DNA of 32,000 nucleotides from Wolbachia endosymbiont strain TRS of Brugia malayi (lineage in GTDB: Bacteria; Pseudomonadota; Alphaproteobacteria; Rickettsiales; Anaplasmataceae), in the NCBI RefSeq assembly GCF_000008385.1, contig NC_006833.1, positions 870,001-902,000 of the forward strand, read 5' to 3'. Shown here piece after piece: positions 9,419 through 19,029 of the stretch. The first letter of the stretch is position 1. Every line of letters begins with the position of its first letter. The notes beneath the pieces were generated by a model. It did no database searches. It had not been told where the DNA came from and saw nothing but the letters and a program-made list of their open reading frames with translations. Position numbers and translations under genes: made by a program.

Positions 9419-10402
9419 TCACATGTTTGTGCAGATATGAATCGAGTCACGATCTACTATATCGATCACACTAGCGCCTGTTATACTTTTTCCACTGACT
9501 TTTACATTCTTCAACTCCCTCTTATAAGAATGTGTAATGAGTCCACTTCCTACTATCAAAAGAGCAATAGCTGCTAAACCTAGAGCAGGACTTAATGATG
9601 ATGCTAATGTTATTAACATTACCCTTCTTATTAACATTACAGAAGAACCAGCAAGCATTAACCCAGCCATAGGTATATTGCTATTATTTTTGCTGAGTTC
9701 CTCAGCATGGCTAAGTTTCTCCGTTTCCCTTTCCTTATTTTCTTTATTTTCTTTTTTATAATTATAAAAAGCTATGGCGAAAGAAAGTATACTAGCTGTG
9801 AAAAAAAGCGCTTCCTCTGCCACTTTAAGTGGCGACACTTCATCCATTATCTGACCCACAATAACCAACACAGTTGATATTACCTCAATATAAGCCAAAC
9901 ATTGATCTATATCAGGACAGTTGTACTTTTTCTTTTCTATTTCTCTTCCATTTTCAATATTTTCCAACTCTCGTTCTTTTTGTATTATCTTTCTATTATT
10001 GTAAATTAGATATAGCATACAAATAAGAGATAGGACTGAAAAAGGCAGTAAAGTATGACCTAGTCCAACACTTATTACAACGAGTAATATCTGATCGCTA
10101 CATATTTTTTTTAGCTCAATAGCCATGAGTAACGCAAATGGGATCATTGTAGCCAATGATACATATTGCCTATATAACTCTCTTTTTTTTAGTGTTAGTA
10201 GTTCTTGTTCGAGCTTTTTCTTTTTTTCCGCTTTTTCTCCTTTCAGCGTTGATAGCTCCAGTTTCTTCCTTTTCTCTGTTTCCTCTTTTAGTGCTAATAA
10301 CTCCTGTTCAAACCTTTCTTTTTTGACTTCTCCATCAACTGTTGGACAAAAATCTCGAAAAAAATCTTCAGCAGAAAATTTAGTTCCAAAGTTACTAGTC
10401 AT
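9419..10402 (-). CDS. Hypothetical coiled-coil / multi-pass membrane protein (orphan)
   Basis: 327-aa ORF. The N-terminal ~90 aa are K/E-rich with an internal repeat (EQELLALKEETEKRKKLE ... EQELLTLKKRELY). About 5-6 hydrophobic segments follow, separated by K/E-rich loops (KKENKENKERETEKL). I recognise no family. Confidence 0.6.
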   Translation of the reverse strand: MTSNFGTKFSAEDFFRDFCPTVDGEVKKERFEQELLALKEETEKRKKLELSTLKGEKAEKKKKLEQELLTLKKRELYRQYVSLATMIPFALLMAIELKKICSDQILLVVISVGLGHTLLPFSVLSLICMLYLIYNNRKIIQKERELENIENGREIEKKKYNCPDIDQCLAYIEVISTVLVIVGQIMDEVSPLKVAEEALFFTASILSFAIAFYNYKKENKENKERETEKLSHAEELSKNNSNIPMAGLMLAGSSVMLIRRVMLITLASSLSPALGLAAIALLIVGSGLITHSYKRELKNVKVSGKSITGASVIDIVDRDSIHICTNM

Positions 10403-10510
10403 ATAAATCCTATTGACCTATGAACCAACATATTATACAAGATTTTAATTATTCAGTCAATACTAATGAAATATTAACGTATCTTATCTATTAATTAATC
10501 TTCAAAAAAT

Positions 10511-11068
10511 TCAGTCAATTTGTTTAATGCCAGCTAGAACATAATTATAACCAGACCACACAGTCATAACAGCTGCAATCCATAAACAAACTGCACCCAT
10601 ATATTGAACTGTCTCATAATCGTTCATTATTAGTGCCACTACAGCAACCATCTGTAAAAATGTTTTGATTTTTCCAGCTTTACTTACAGGTAAGCTAACA
10701 TTCTTAGCTATTAGAAACTCCCGCAAACCCGAAACTAATATCTCCCGACAAACGACTATAACTGATGGTACTATCGTGTAATCATTGATCTTATGCTTAT
10801 AAACCAGCATCATTATCGTTGAAACCACTATTAATTTATCAGCAATTGGATCAAATAGCCTGCCAAATTTTGATTGAACTTTCCACGCACGCGCTAGGTA
10901 ACCATCAAAAAAATCTGTAATGCACGCAAATATAAAGATTGATATTGTTATCAAGTTTGCATATCTATTTTCTATATAAAAACTCAATATTATTGCTGGT
11001 ATTGCAAGTGCACGGGAAATTGTAAGTGAATTAGGCAGGTTTTTCTTAAACATGTAGTGCAATTTCAA
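10511..11068 (-). CDS. pgsA: CDP-diacylglycerol--glycerol-3-phosphate 3-phosphatidyltransferase
   Basis: 185-aa polytopic ORF with the CDP-alcohol phosphatidyltransferase motif DGYLARAWKVQSKFGRLFDPIADK (D-G-x2-A-R-x8-G-x3-D-x3-D). Confidence 0.9.
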   Translation of the reverse strand: MKLHYMFKKNLPNSLTISRALAIPAIILSFYIENRYANLITISIFIFACITDFFDGYLARAWKVQSKFGRLFDPIADKLIVVSTIMMLVYKHKINDYTIVPSVIVVCREILVSGLREFLIAKNVSLPVSKAGKIKTFLQMVAVVALIMNDYETVQYMGAVCLWIAAVMTVWSGYNYVLAGIKQID

Positions 11069-11170
11069 TCCAGCATGATAAGCTTATACAGAAGTAGAGC
11101 ACAATTCACAAGTTAATAGTTTGCAATTGAACATTTACAAAAACCTAGTATACTTAAAAGTTTACTAGCC

Positions 11171-12520
11171 ATGAACTCAAAATATAAGGATGTAATGATG
11201 AATGATGATTTAGATAGTACAACAAAACAAGAGGCACTTAAGTATCACATTAGAGGTGGCAATCCTGGTAAAATATCCATCTTGCCAACAAAATCTTTGT
11301 CTACTCAGTATGACTTGTCACTTGCCTATTCTCCTGGAGTTGCAGCTCCATGCCTTGAAATAGCCAAAAATCCTGATGTGGTCTATGACTATACGGCAAA
11401 AAGCAACTGTGTTGCTGTTATTTCAAACGGCACTGCAGTACTTGGGCTCGGCAATATTGGTCCTCTTGCCTCAAAACCTGTTATGGAAGGCAAAGCTATG
11501 CTGTTTAAGCGTTTCGCTGATATTGACGCAGTTGATATAGAAGTCGATACAGAAAATATAGAAGACTTTATCAATGCAGTAAGATACCTTGGGCCAAGCT
11601 GGGGAGGAATAAATTTAGAGGATATAAGATCCCCCGATTGTTTTATAATAGAGAAACGTCTGAATGAATTAATGGACATTCCAGTGTTTCACGATGACCA
11701 ACATGGAACTGCAGTGGTTGTTGCAGCTGGCATAGAAAATGCTCTTGATATTGCTGGAAAGAAATTAGAGGACGTTAAGATCATCATGAATGGTGCTGGA
11801 GCAGCCGGTATTGCATGTTTAGAAATACTCAAGTCCATGGGCGCTAAAAATATAGTGCTATGTGATAAACAAGGAGTAATATACAAAGGTAGAAATGAGG
11901 ACATGAATGAGTGGAAGGAAAAATACGCAACTGATACTAAAGAACGTTCTCTACTTGATGCAATAAAAGACACTGATGTATTTATCGGGCTATCTGCAAA
12001 GGATGCATTAAATGAAGAGATGTTAAAAAACATGGGTCAAAACCCAATTATTTTTGCTCTTGCTAATCCTGACCCAGAAGTAAGGCCTGAGCTTGCAAAA
12101 TCTGTGAGGCCAGACGCAATAATTGCAACTGGTAGATCAGATTATAACAACCAAGTTAACAACGTAATGGGGTTTCCTTATATATTCAGAGGAGCACTCG
12201 ATGTACATGCAATGACAATAAATAATGAAATGAAAATCGCAGCTGCAGATGCAATAGCAAAGCTCGCTCGTGAACCAGCACCTGACGAGATATCTGCAGT
12301 CTATGGTGGCCGTAAAATGAGCTACGGACGTGAATACATAATACCTACCCCTTTTGACCCAAGACTAGTTTCTATAGTATCTCCTGCCGTTGCAAAAGCT
12401 GCAGTTTGCTCAGGTGTTGCAAAAAAGGAAATACAAGATTGGAGCAAATATGCAAATCAATTAAAATCTCGTCTTGCTAATGCTCTTAACACGCTGAACC
12501 TATTGTCCTCACAATATTAG
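11171..12520 (+). CDS. NAD(P)-dependent malic enzyme (short form, no PTA-like domain)
   Basis: 449-aa ORF. It is colinear with the MaeB-type malic enzyme N-terminal catalytic region, including LSLAYSPGVA, FHDDQHGTAVV and the GAGAAG dinucleotide fold. The start could be one of the downstream Met codons (MMNDD...). Confidence 0.92.
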   Translation: MNSKYKDVMMNDDLDSTTKQEALKYHIRGGNPGKISILPTKSLSTQYDLSLAYSPGVAAPCLEIAKNPDVVYDYTAKSNCVAVISNGTAVLGLGNIGPLASKPVMEGKAMLFKRFADIDAVDIEVDTENIEDFINAVRYLGPSWGGINLEDIRSPDCFIIEKRLNELMDIPVFHDDQHGTAVVVAAGIENALDIAGKKLEDVKIIMNGAGAAGIACLEILKSMGAKNIVLCDKQGVIYKGRNEDMNEWKEKYATDTKERSLLDAIKDTDVFIGLSAKDALNEEMLKNMGQNPIIFALANPDPEVRPELAKSVRPDAIIATGRSDYNNQVNNVMGFPYIFRGALDVHAMTINNEMKIAAADAIAKLAREPAPDEISAVYGGRKMSYGREYIIPTPFDPRLVSIVSPAVAKAAVCSGVAKKEIQDWSKYANQLKSRLANALNTLNLLSSQY

Positions 12521-12598
12521 CAACTTATAACCAATAATTTAATTGCATACAGTTGTTTCAGATTTATAATATAAAGTATTGTAATTTAAAGTAAATGA

Positions 12599-12817
12599 AT
12601 GGTTATTGTAATTCATGAATTAGGGGAAATTATCAGACAATTATTTTCTGATGCTGACATAAAGATTAATGATCTTGCTGGAGATGATAGTCATTACTAT
12701 TTAAAAATAACCTCCAAGCACTTTCTCGAAAAGACAAAAATAGAACAGTACAGAATAGCATATAAGGCCTTAGAAGGTCAGTCTATACATGCATTGCAAT
12801 TAGAAACTAGTACTTAG
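12599..12817 (+). CDS. bolA: BolA family protein
   Basis: 72-aa ORF with BolA-type blocks (DDSHYYLKITSKHF...YRIAYKAL...IHALQLET). It lies 16 nt upstream of a monothiol glutaredoxin, which is the classical BolA-Grx4 pairing. Confidence 0.8.
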   Translation: MVIVIHELGEIIRQLFSDADIKINDLAGDDSHYYLKITSKHFLEKTKIEQYRIAYKALEGQSIHALQLETST

Positions 12818-12833
12818 AATTAAGGTAATATTT

Positions 12834-13154
12834 ATGAGCAATTTCGAACAAATAAAAAAAGACATAACAGAAAATGATGTGGTGTTATACATGAAAGGTA
12901 CATCTGATTTTCCTCAATGCGGATTCTCTGGACTTGTTGTATCAATCCTCAAAAAATTGAATGTGAAATTTAAGTACATCAACGTTTTAGAAAATGATGA
13001 GATACGTCAGTCCATAAAAAAGTTTTCTAATTGGCCAACAATTCCACAACTATACATAAAAGGAGAGTTTATTGGTGGCTGTGATATTACTCGCGAGATA
13101 TATGAAAAAGGCGAGTTACAGAGTTTGCTAAAAGAAAAAAAGATTGTTGAATAA
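12834..13154 (+). CDS. grxD: Grx4-family monothiol glutaredoxin
   Basis: 106-aa ORF with the CGFS active site (PQCGFSG), WPTIPQLYIKGEFIGGCDI, and typical length. Confidence 0.95.
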   Translation: MSNFEQIKKDITENDVVLYMKGTSDFPQCGFSGLVVSILKKLNVKFKYINVLENDEIRQSIKKFSNWPTIPQLYIKGEFIGGCDITREIYEKGELQSLLKEKKIVE

Positions 13155-13179
13155 AATTTTAAAAAAACTTGGGCTCCTG

Positions 13180-14217
13180 AAAGCTAAACCCTATACCAGA
13201 TTTAACAAATGAGTAGCCTAATGCTATTAATTTTATAGGCTTATCTTTATTATTTGCCACTATTCAAACTCCATCGCTCTTACGGTCAATGATTTTTATT
13301 GGTGTAAATACTACATAATTATTGTCATCAACGATCTTTACCCCAAGAATACCTTCATCATTTAAGCCAAGAGCCAAAGAAGGAATCTTACATGCAAACT
13401 TTTTGCCCAAAAGGCAGCTTTACATTGGCAGTTGGTCCTTGCAAAAACATAATTTCATCATTAATTATCTTCACCTCTACCCTATAAGATCCAGTTTTAG
13501 GTTCAACAATTTTACTAACAAAACTTACTTTGCCCTCCAATTTCCTTTCGTCTAGCAAATCAATTTGAGCTGTGCTGCCTAGTTTTACCTTGTTTACTTC
13601 ACCTTCCGAAAGGTATAACACCACAAGAACTTGATCAAAATTAGCCACGTCAGTTATTTTTTGACCAGCGTTAATAAAATTCCCTTTGTTTATGTGGATT
13701 TTATCTACGTAGCCATCAATAGGAGACTTAACTGCAGTACTTCTAAATTCAATTCTAGCCCCTTTAGGTCAGCTTTTGCACTTTTGCAACGCAGTAAAAG
13801 CTGCTTCTACTTGTACTTGCGCTTTATAGCCTCTTTTACTAAGCTTGACCAAGGAGTCATATTCAACTTCGCGCTGCTTTAACAAAGCTCTGGCCTTTTC
13901 AACTTGTTCAGCTCTGCCATGATCTTCTATTTTCAACACTACATTATCCTTTTTTACCTTCCCACCATCAGATAAATAAATAGCAGCAACTTTACCACTC
14001 ACTTCCAAGGTAAGGTTGGCCTATGTAAGGGATTTACTGTACCAGAAAAATTCAAATATACAGTGCGATTTCGCGCTTCATTATTTTTGAACTTTTACTG
14101 AAAAGCCATTAGTTATATTATTACATAAACCACTTGACCTTTCTTTAAAAACACATTTTTAATAAAAAACAGTAAAATAGGAGCAATACCAGAAATAATG
14201 ATTACTTTACTTCTCAT
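13180..14217 (-). pseudogene. Efflux-pump periplasmic adaptor (membrane fusion protein, HlyD/AcrA-like) remnant
   Basis: ATG at 14217 gives MRSKVIIISGIAPILLFFIKNVF (signal anchor), then a stop. Later fragments in different frames are VSGKVAAIYLSDGGKVKKDNVVLKIED (lipoyl-like hairpin) and AEQVEKARALLKQREVEYDSLVKLSKRGYKAQVQVEAA (alpha-hairpin). Beta-barrel fragments are VKSPIDGYVDKIHINKGNFINAGQKITDVANFDQVLVVLYLSEGEVNKVKLGSTAQIDL...KTGSYRVEVKI. Confidence 0.75.
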
Positions 14218-14349
14218 CTTTAAGTAATAAAATTTGTTGACCAATTTTGTTAAAACGATCGCATAAATTAAATTTTTGAATTAGGAATACTAAGTGAGTA
14301 TATTGCTTCCATTGCCACTTCACAAATAGTTCTGTAAATAAGCCCACAA

Positions 14350-14423
14350 TGGGACTAGTGCGACTTGAACGCACGACCTTCGGATTAGGAATCCAACGCT
14401 CTATCCTACTGAGCTATAGTCCC
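14350..14423 (-). tRNA. tRNA-Arg (anticodon CCT)
   Basis: 74-nt cloverleaf on the minus strand. Acceptor GGGACTA/TAGTCCC. D-arm GCTC-AGTAGGATA-GAGC. Anticodon arm TTGGA-TTCCTAA-TCCGA. Variable loop AGGTC. T-arm GTGCG-TTCAAGT-CGCAC. Discriminator A. The 3' CCA is not encoded. Confidence 0.93.
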
Positions 14424-14575
14424 GTGTTTTCTATTATTTGTGCAAGATTATAGCAAAAATCCTGTATTCTCCTAGATCTCTTGCATAACCAATTTACAAC
14501 AGCATAAAACATTTTTGTATATTTCTTGAGTACAATGTTATTATACTTAATAACACAGTTTAAGTTGAAAGGTTA

Positions 14576-15352
14576 ATGTTAGTTAACAACATCAGTTATC
14601 TTTATAACAATCAAGACGACTTTGCTTTAAATAACATAAACATTAAAGTAAAAAGAGGAAAAGTTGCGTGTCTATTGGGGCATTCAGGCTGCGGCAAGTC
14701 AACAATTCTGAAACTAATTGCAGGAATAGAAAATCCAAAATCTGGAACCATTTTTATAAATGATAAGCTAGTTGCAAGCAGTAGCACATCAATTGCCATA
14801 GAGCATAGAAATATCGGATTGATCTTTCAGCATTCTGCATTATTTCCTCACAAAACAGTAGTAGAGAACGTAACTTTTGCTATTCGCAGTTCTTCCAAGA
14901 AAGAAAAGCATCTCATTGCATTGGAAATTTTGAAACTATTGAACATAGCAAAATATGAAAACATGTATCCTAATGCTTTATCTGGAGGGCAGCAACAATT
15001 AGTTGCAATAGCAAGAGTAATGGCACAAAACCCTGATGTTGTTTTGCTCGACGAGCCATTTTCTAACTTAGATATACTATTAAAGTGTCAAATAAGACAA
15101 CGTATATTATCTCTCTTTAGAAGTAAAAACATTCCTGTGCTAATGGTAACTCACGACCCGCAAGAAGCATTGAAAGTCGCAGATTTTATCTATGTAATGA
15201 AAAATGGTAGAATTATTCAGTCGGGAATTTCTAGTGATATATATCACAGGCCTAAAGATGATACGCTAGCAAAGTTCTTCAGTGAACTCTCTTCTACTCT
15301 ACAGTTAGGTGAGAAGTTTCCACTTGATGGCGCATTTGCTGTAAGAAAATAA
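14576..15352 (+). CDS. ABC transporter ATP-binding protein (FbpC/PotA-like importer ATPase, no TOBE domain)
   Basis: 258-aa ORF. Motifs are Walker A GHSGCGKST, Q-loop FQHSALFPH, signature LSGGQQQ, Walker B VVLLDEPFS and H-loop MVTHD. No permease or binding-protein gene is adjacent. Confidence 0.88.
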   Translation: MLVNNISYLYNNQDDFALNNINIKVKRGKVACLLGHSGCGKSTILKLIAGIENPKSGTIFINDKLVASSSTSIAIEHRNIGLIFQHSALFPHKTVVENVTFAIRSSSKKEKHLIALEILKLLNIAKYENMYPNALSGGQQQLVAIARVMAQNPDVVLLDEPFSNLDILLKCQIRQRILSLFRSKNIPVLMVTHDPQEALKVADFIYVMKNGRIIQSGISSDIYHRPKDDTLAKFFSELSSTLQLGEKFPLDGAFAVRK

Positions 15353-15486
15353 TCTAGTCTAAAATTATTATAAAATAGAACTAAACATTAAAAAATTTTG
15401 ATCTATAATTAAATAAAAGGCGATATAATTACTTGACTTCAGTCGGGTTTTAATATCTAAATTAACATCTTAAATGGAGGTACACA

Positions 15487-15654
15487 ATGAGTTTAGGCCC
15501 ATGGCAATTATTTCTAGTCTTAATAATAATATTAGTTCTGTTTGGCGCAGGTAGGTTACCACAAGTTATGGGTGACTTAGGAAAAGGTATTAAAAACCTT
15601 AAACAAGAACTTAAGGACTCAGAGAAACTATCATCTAACGAACCAGATCGTTAG
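15487..15654 (+). CDS. tatA: Sec-independent (Tat) protein translocase subunit TatA
   Basis: 55-aa ORF below the ORF-track cutoff: [55 protein letters not shown]. It has the typical TatA TM helix, FG hinge and amphipathic helix. GGAGG lies 7 nt upstream of the ATG. Confidence 0.88.
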   Translation: MSLGPWQLFLVLIIILVLFGAGRLPQVMGDLGKGIKNLKQELKDSEKLSSNEPDR

Positions 15655-15668
15655 CGTCTTCATACTTC

Positions 15669-15700
15669 ATGATATGCACTTTCAGTGCGTATCATTTGTT
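15669..15700 (+). terminator. Candidate intrinsic terminator downstream of tatA
   Basis: 11-bp stem ATGATATGCAC (15669-15679) / GTGCGTATCAT (15685-15695) with one G-U pair and a 5-nt loop, followed by TTGTT. The T-tract is weak. Confidence 0.45.
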
Positions 15701-15802
15701 AAAAACTTGGTTAGGTTAAAGAATTAAAGAGAGGTGAAATATCAGATTGAAATACGGCGATAATTGTGTTAATTAGAAGGAATAGTTTGTTGAAGGGTAA
15801 CT

Positions 15803-16459
15803 GTGCAAAAAAGTGAGAAACTAGCCGAAAATAAAAAATTAGCGTCTGACATTCTAAAAGAAGTTGCAGACACCAATAATGCTAATAACGATAAAGTGAC
15901 ATTGTTTGATGTTAAAGCAGCTTTGCAAGAGCGCGGTTTTGGTATTTTAATAATTATTTTTTCCTTGCCACTATCGGTGCCTATACCAGTTCCACCTGGC
16001 TATACAACTATACTTTCTATACCTCTAATCCTATTTGCACTACAGCTTTTGTTTGGTTTCCACTCTCCTTGGATGCCTCACTGGTTGGAAAGGAAATCTT
16101 TCCAATGTTCAACGCTAGCTCTTGTGGTAGAAAAAACTTCCCCTGCGTTAAAAAAAATAGAAAAGTTCATGAGACCAAGAATGTCTTTTATTTTCTATGG
16201 ACCAGGCGAAAAGATTTTAGCATTTATAATGCTGCTCTGCGCATTATCTATAGCCATTCCACTGCCTTTAACTAACTTTATTCCTGCAATCGGCACAACT
16301 CTCATTTCACTTGGCATTATGAGTAAAGACGGACTTCTCTCTATCTTGGGAGTCTTAGTATCACTGTGCGGGTTATTACTTACTCTTGTTGTACTAGTCA
16401 AAGGACCACAGCTCATACTTGGAGCATTTTCTTTTCTAAAAAGTTTTGTATATGGTTAG
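15803..16459 (+). CDS. ExoD (exopolysaccharide synthesis) family membrane protein
   Basis: 218-aa ORF with a GTG start. The ExoD-like block is ERGFGILIIIFSLPLSVPIPVPPGYTTILSIPLILFALQLLFG...PWMPHWLERKSF, followed by further TM segments. Confidence 0.7.
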   Translation: MQKSEKLAENKKLASDILKEVADTNNANNDKVTLFDVKAALQERGFGILIIIFSLPLSVPIPVPPGYTTILSIPLILFALQLLFGFHSPWMPHWLERKSFQCSTLALVVEKTSPALKKIEKFMRPRMSFIFYGPGEKILAFIMLLCALSIAIPLPLTNFIPAIGTTLISLGIMSKDGLLSILGVLVSLCGLLLTLVVLVKGPQLILGAFSFLKSFVYG

Positions 16460-17824
16460 GCTTTACAACACTTTAACAAAAAAAAAGAGCTTTTTACACC
16501 GATCAATAAAGATCATGTAACAATGTATGTTTGCGGACCAACGGTATATGATACAGCACACATAGGTAATGCACGTTCTATTGTTGTTTACGACGTGTTA
16601 TTTCAACTGCTTAAATTTTGTTATGGCAAAGCCACTTACGTGCGTAATATAACCGACATTGACGATAAGATAATAAATGCAGCAAATGAGAAAGACAGCA
16701 GTATAGAAAGTATCAGCACATATTATACTAGGGCTTTTCACGAAGATATGAGAAGCATAAATTGTGTAGAACCAACACATGAGCCAAAAGCAGCGGAAAA
16801 TATAAAATACATTATCGAATTAATCGAATATTTATTGCAATCTGGTCACGCTTATGAATCCAATAAACATATATACTTTAGCATAGAGTCTTACCCTGAG
16901 TATGGCGCTCTATCAGGAAAAAAAATTGATGAATTGGAGCATGGTAGCAGAGTTGAAGTTGGCGAAAATAAAAAGCATCCAGGAGATTTCGTACTGTGGA
17001 AACCTGCAAACGACACTGATTACAAGCTTTCAAGTTACTGGAATAGCCCATGGGGAGAAGGAAGACCAGGATGGCACATAGAATGTTCAGCAATGTCATA
17101 TGCTTACCTCGGCAAAGATTTTGATATTCATGGTGGTGGTATAGATTTGCAATTTCCTCATCACGAAAATGAAATTGCACAAAATAAATCTGCATTTGCT
17201 GGATCAATGTTTGCAAAATATTGGGTACATAATGGTTCTCTTACAGTAAACAAAGAGAAAATGAGCAAATCTTTATTTAATATAGTTAAGGTAAGAGATT
17301 TACTGGATAGCGGAATAAAGGGTGAAGTAATACGTTACGCACTGTTCAAAACTCACTACAGAAAACCACTAGATTGGACAGAAAGTGTTATTTCTGAATC
17401 GCAAGAAACTTTAAATAAATTTTATCGGTTACTACGTGGCATAGATGTAGCAAGCATCGAAAAGAGTGATGTAGAAGTCTCTAGAGACTTTATAGAAACT
17501 TTAAAAAACGACCTAAATATTCCTGAAGCTTTAGCTATATTGCATGAAATGGCTACCAAAATTAATAAAACAAATAATGAGAATGAGAAGCTCAAATTAA
17601 CTGAAAGTTTTATTAAGAGCGCAAGGTTTATTGGTCTTCTTGAGTCAAGCTATCAAGAGTGGTTCACTGCCGGTATAAGTTATCAAGAAATAAAAAGATT
17701 GATAGATTTAAGAAAAGTAGCAAAACAAAATAAAGATTACGATGCTGCAGATAAAATAAGAGATCAATTAAAACAAATGGGAGTTACAATTTCTGACAAT
17801 GAAGACGGTACAACAACCTGGTAA
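16452..17824 (+). CDS. cysS: Cysteine--tRNA ligase, with the N-terminal 24 codons out of frame across an A9 tract
   Basis: The 433-aa ORF from 16523 carries HIGNARS (HIGH) and KMSKS. The upstream ATG at 16452 encodes [12 protein letters not shown]. One extra A in the 16478-16486 run would give ...[25 protein letters not shown], colinear with canonical CysS N-termini. Confidence 0.9.
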
Positions 17825-17830
17825 ATTCAT

Positions 17831-18247
17831 ATGGAAAATTATCTCCTGCTGTTCACAGATAACCTAGTATCATCGCTGATTTTACCTATACACCAAAGTT
17901 TTGTGTTTTATACTATGTTGTATTTCAGGTCATATTATAATCCACTACTTACGTTACTCTTTGGAGTACTGGGATCAAGCGTTGGTGGAATGGTCAATTG
18001 GTACTTAGGTAGAATAACAATTTCTATTAGGAAATCATACCACAAATTAGAGAACGAGTATAAAACACCAAGAATCATAAAAAACCTACTGATCTATGCA
18101 GTTGCATTACTCTCGTGGGTGCCAGCATTTGGAAGCGTAATACAAGTTTTATCAGGTTATTTTAAATTAAACCTCAGTATCTTTACTTTATTAACCATTT
18201 TATCTAATCTTTTTTACTTGTTATGCCTAATCATTACTGTTCAATAG
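17831..18247 (+). CDS. YqaA/DedA-like small membrane protein
   Basis: 138-aa ORF, 6 nt after cysS, with 4 hydrophobic segments. The block LPIHQSFVFYTML...LLFGVLGSSVGGMVNWYLGR resembles the YqaA (VTT/SNARE-associated) family. The family call is tentative. Confidence 0.5.
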   Translation: MENYLLLFTDNLVSSLILPIHQSFVFYTMLYFRSYYNPLLTLLFGVLGSSVGGMVNWYLGRITISIRKSYHKLENEYKTPRIIKNLLIYAVALLSWVPAFGSVIQVLSGYFKLNLSIFTLLTILSNLFYLLCLIITVQ

Positions 18248-18310
18248 TTATTATCAAGTAGCTGAGCTAGCTATTAGTTTTTAAAACTCTCCCTCTACTT
18301 TTCTAAATAT

Positions 18311-19020
18311 TCAATATATCTTCGTGCAGTGCAGTCCAAGATATTCGCTTCTCATATTAGGCATAAGTTTTTGCTTCCAAGTGTTCTTAAATTCTTGAAA
18401 CCATTGCTTCTCAAAATTTTGAAAATCAGTCAAAATTTTTAACCTAAACTTATCAATCAAATTTGAAACTTCTACAACTTTTTCAGGGCTTACAGTCTTT
18501 AAAGACAATACTTCATTCTTTAATATATCCAACTTTACTAAAATATTAGGCTTAAACGGTATATAAAGTGAAGATCTTATATTGTATCTTAGATAAGAGC
18601 TGTAATACAGCTTGATATTATACATTAACGTAGCAAAGCATCAGAAGAAATGCTATTTTTATATTGTGCAAGAGAGGACAATAAACACTTGTAATCTATT
18701 TTATTTAAAAATGGTGTTTGTAAACTTAACTTAATTCTATCACTCAAAGATGTGAATTTTTGAAAACATAACTGCCATACTCGCTTAAAAGTTCAGGCAA
18801 AATATCTTCCTGTCTAGCTTTGGAAGCAACTCTTTTACGATCTCTTTTGGTAATGGCTTATTGAAAACTGATTGATGACCCATGCAAAATTCTCTTCAAA
18901 CTCTCTGTGTAATCAGTGTTACTATCAGGAAAAATTACATTGTTCTCTTTGTCATTTCAAGGCAATATTTTTTAAAAAAATTTGTTTGACCTTTTTTTTA
19001 ATTTTAAAATATTCTCACTT
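18311..19020 (-). pseudogene. Decayed gene remnant(s), function unknown
   Basis: Only a 104-aa ORF (18311..18625) remains open. Upstream on the same strand, protein-like pieces such as NVIFPDSNTDYTESLKRILHGSS and AITKRDRKRVASKARQEDILPELLSEYGSYVFKNSHL* are interrupted by stops in shifting frames. It could be a C-terminal extension of the adjacent amidase remnant or a separate gene. Confidence 0.4.
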
Positions 19021-19029
19021 TTATCACCG

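Noticed and set aside
13322-13882. Plus-strand ORFs 13322..13555 and 13631..13882.
   Set aside because: They are antisense to recognisable MFP adaptor fragments and have no motifs.
15433-15460. TTGACT upstream of tatA considered as a promoter -35 element.
   Set aside because: No acceptable -10 hexamer lies at 16-18 nt spacing; the best candidates are TATCTA at 15 nt and TAATAT at 12 nt. This is too weak to call in AT-rich DNA.
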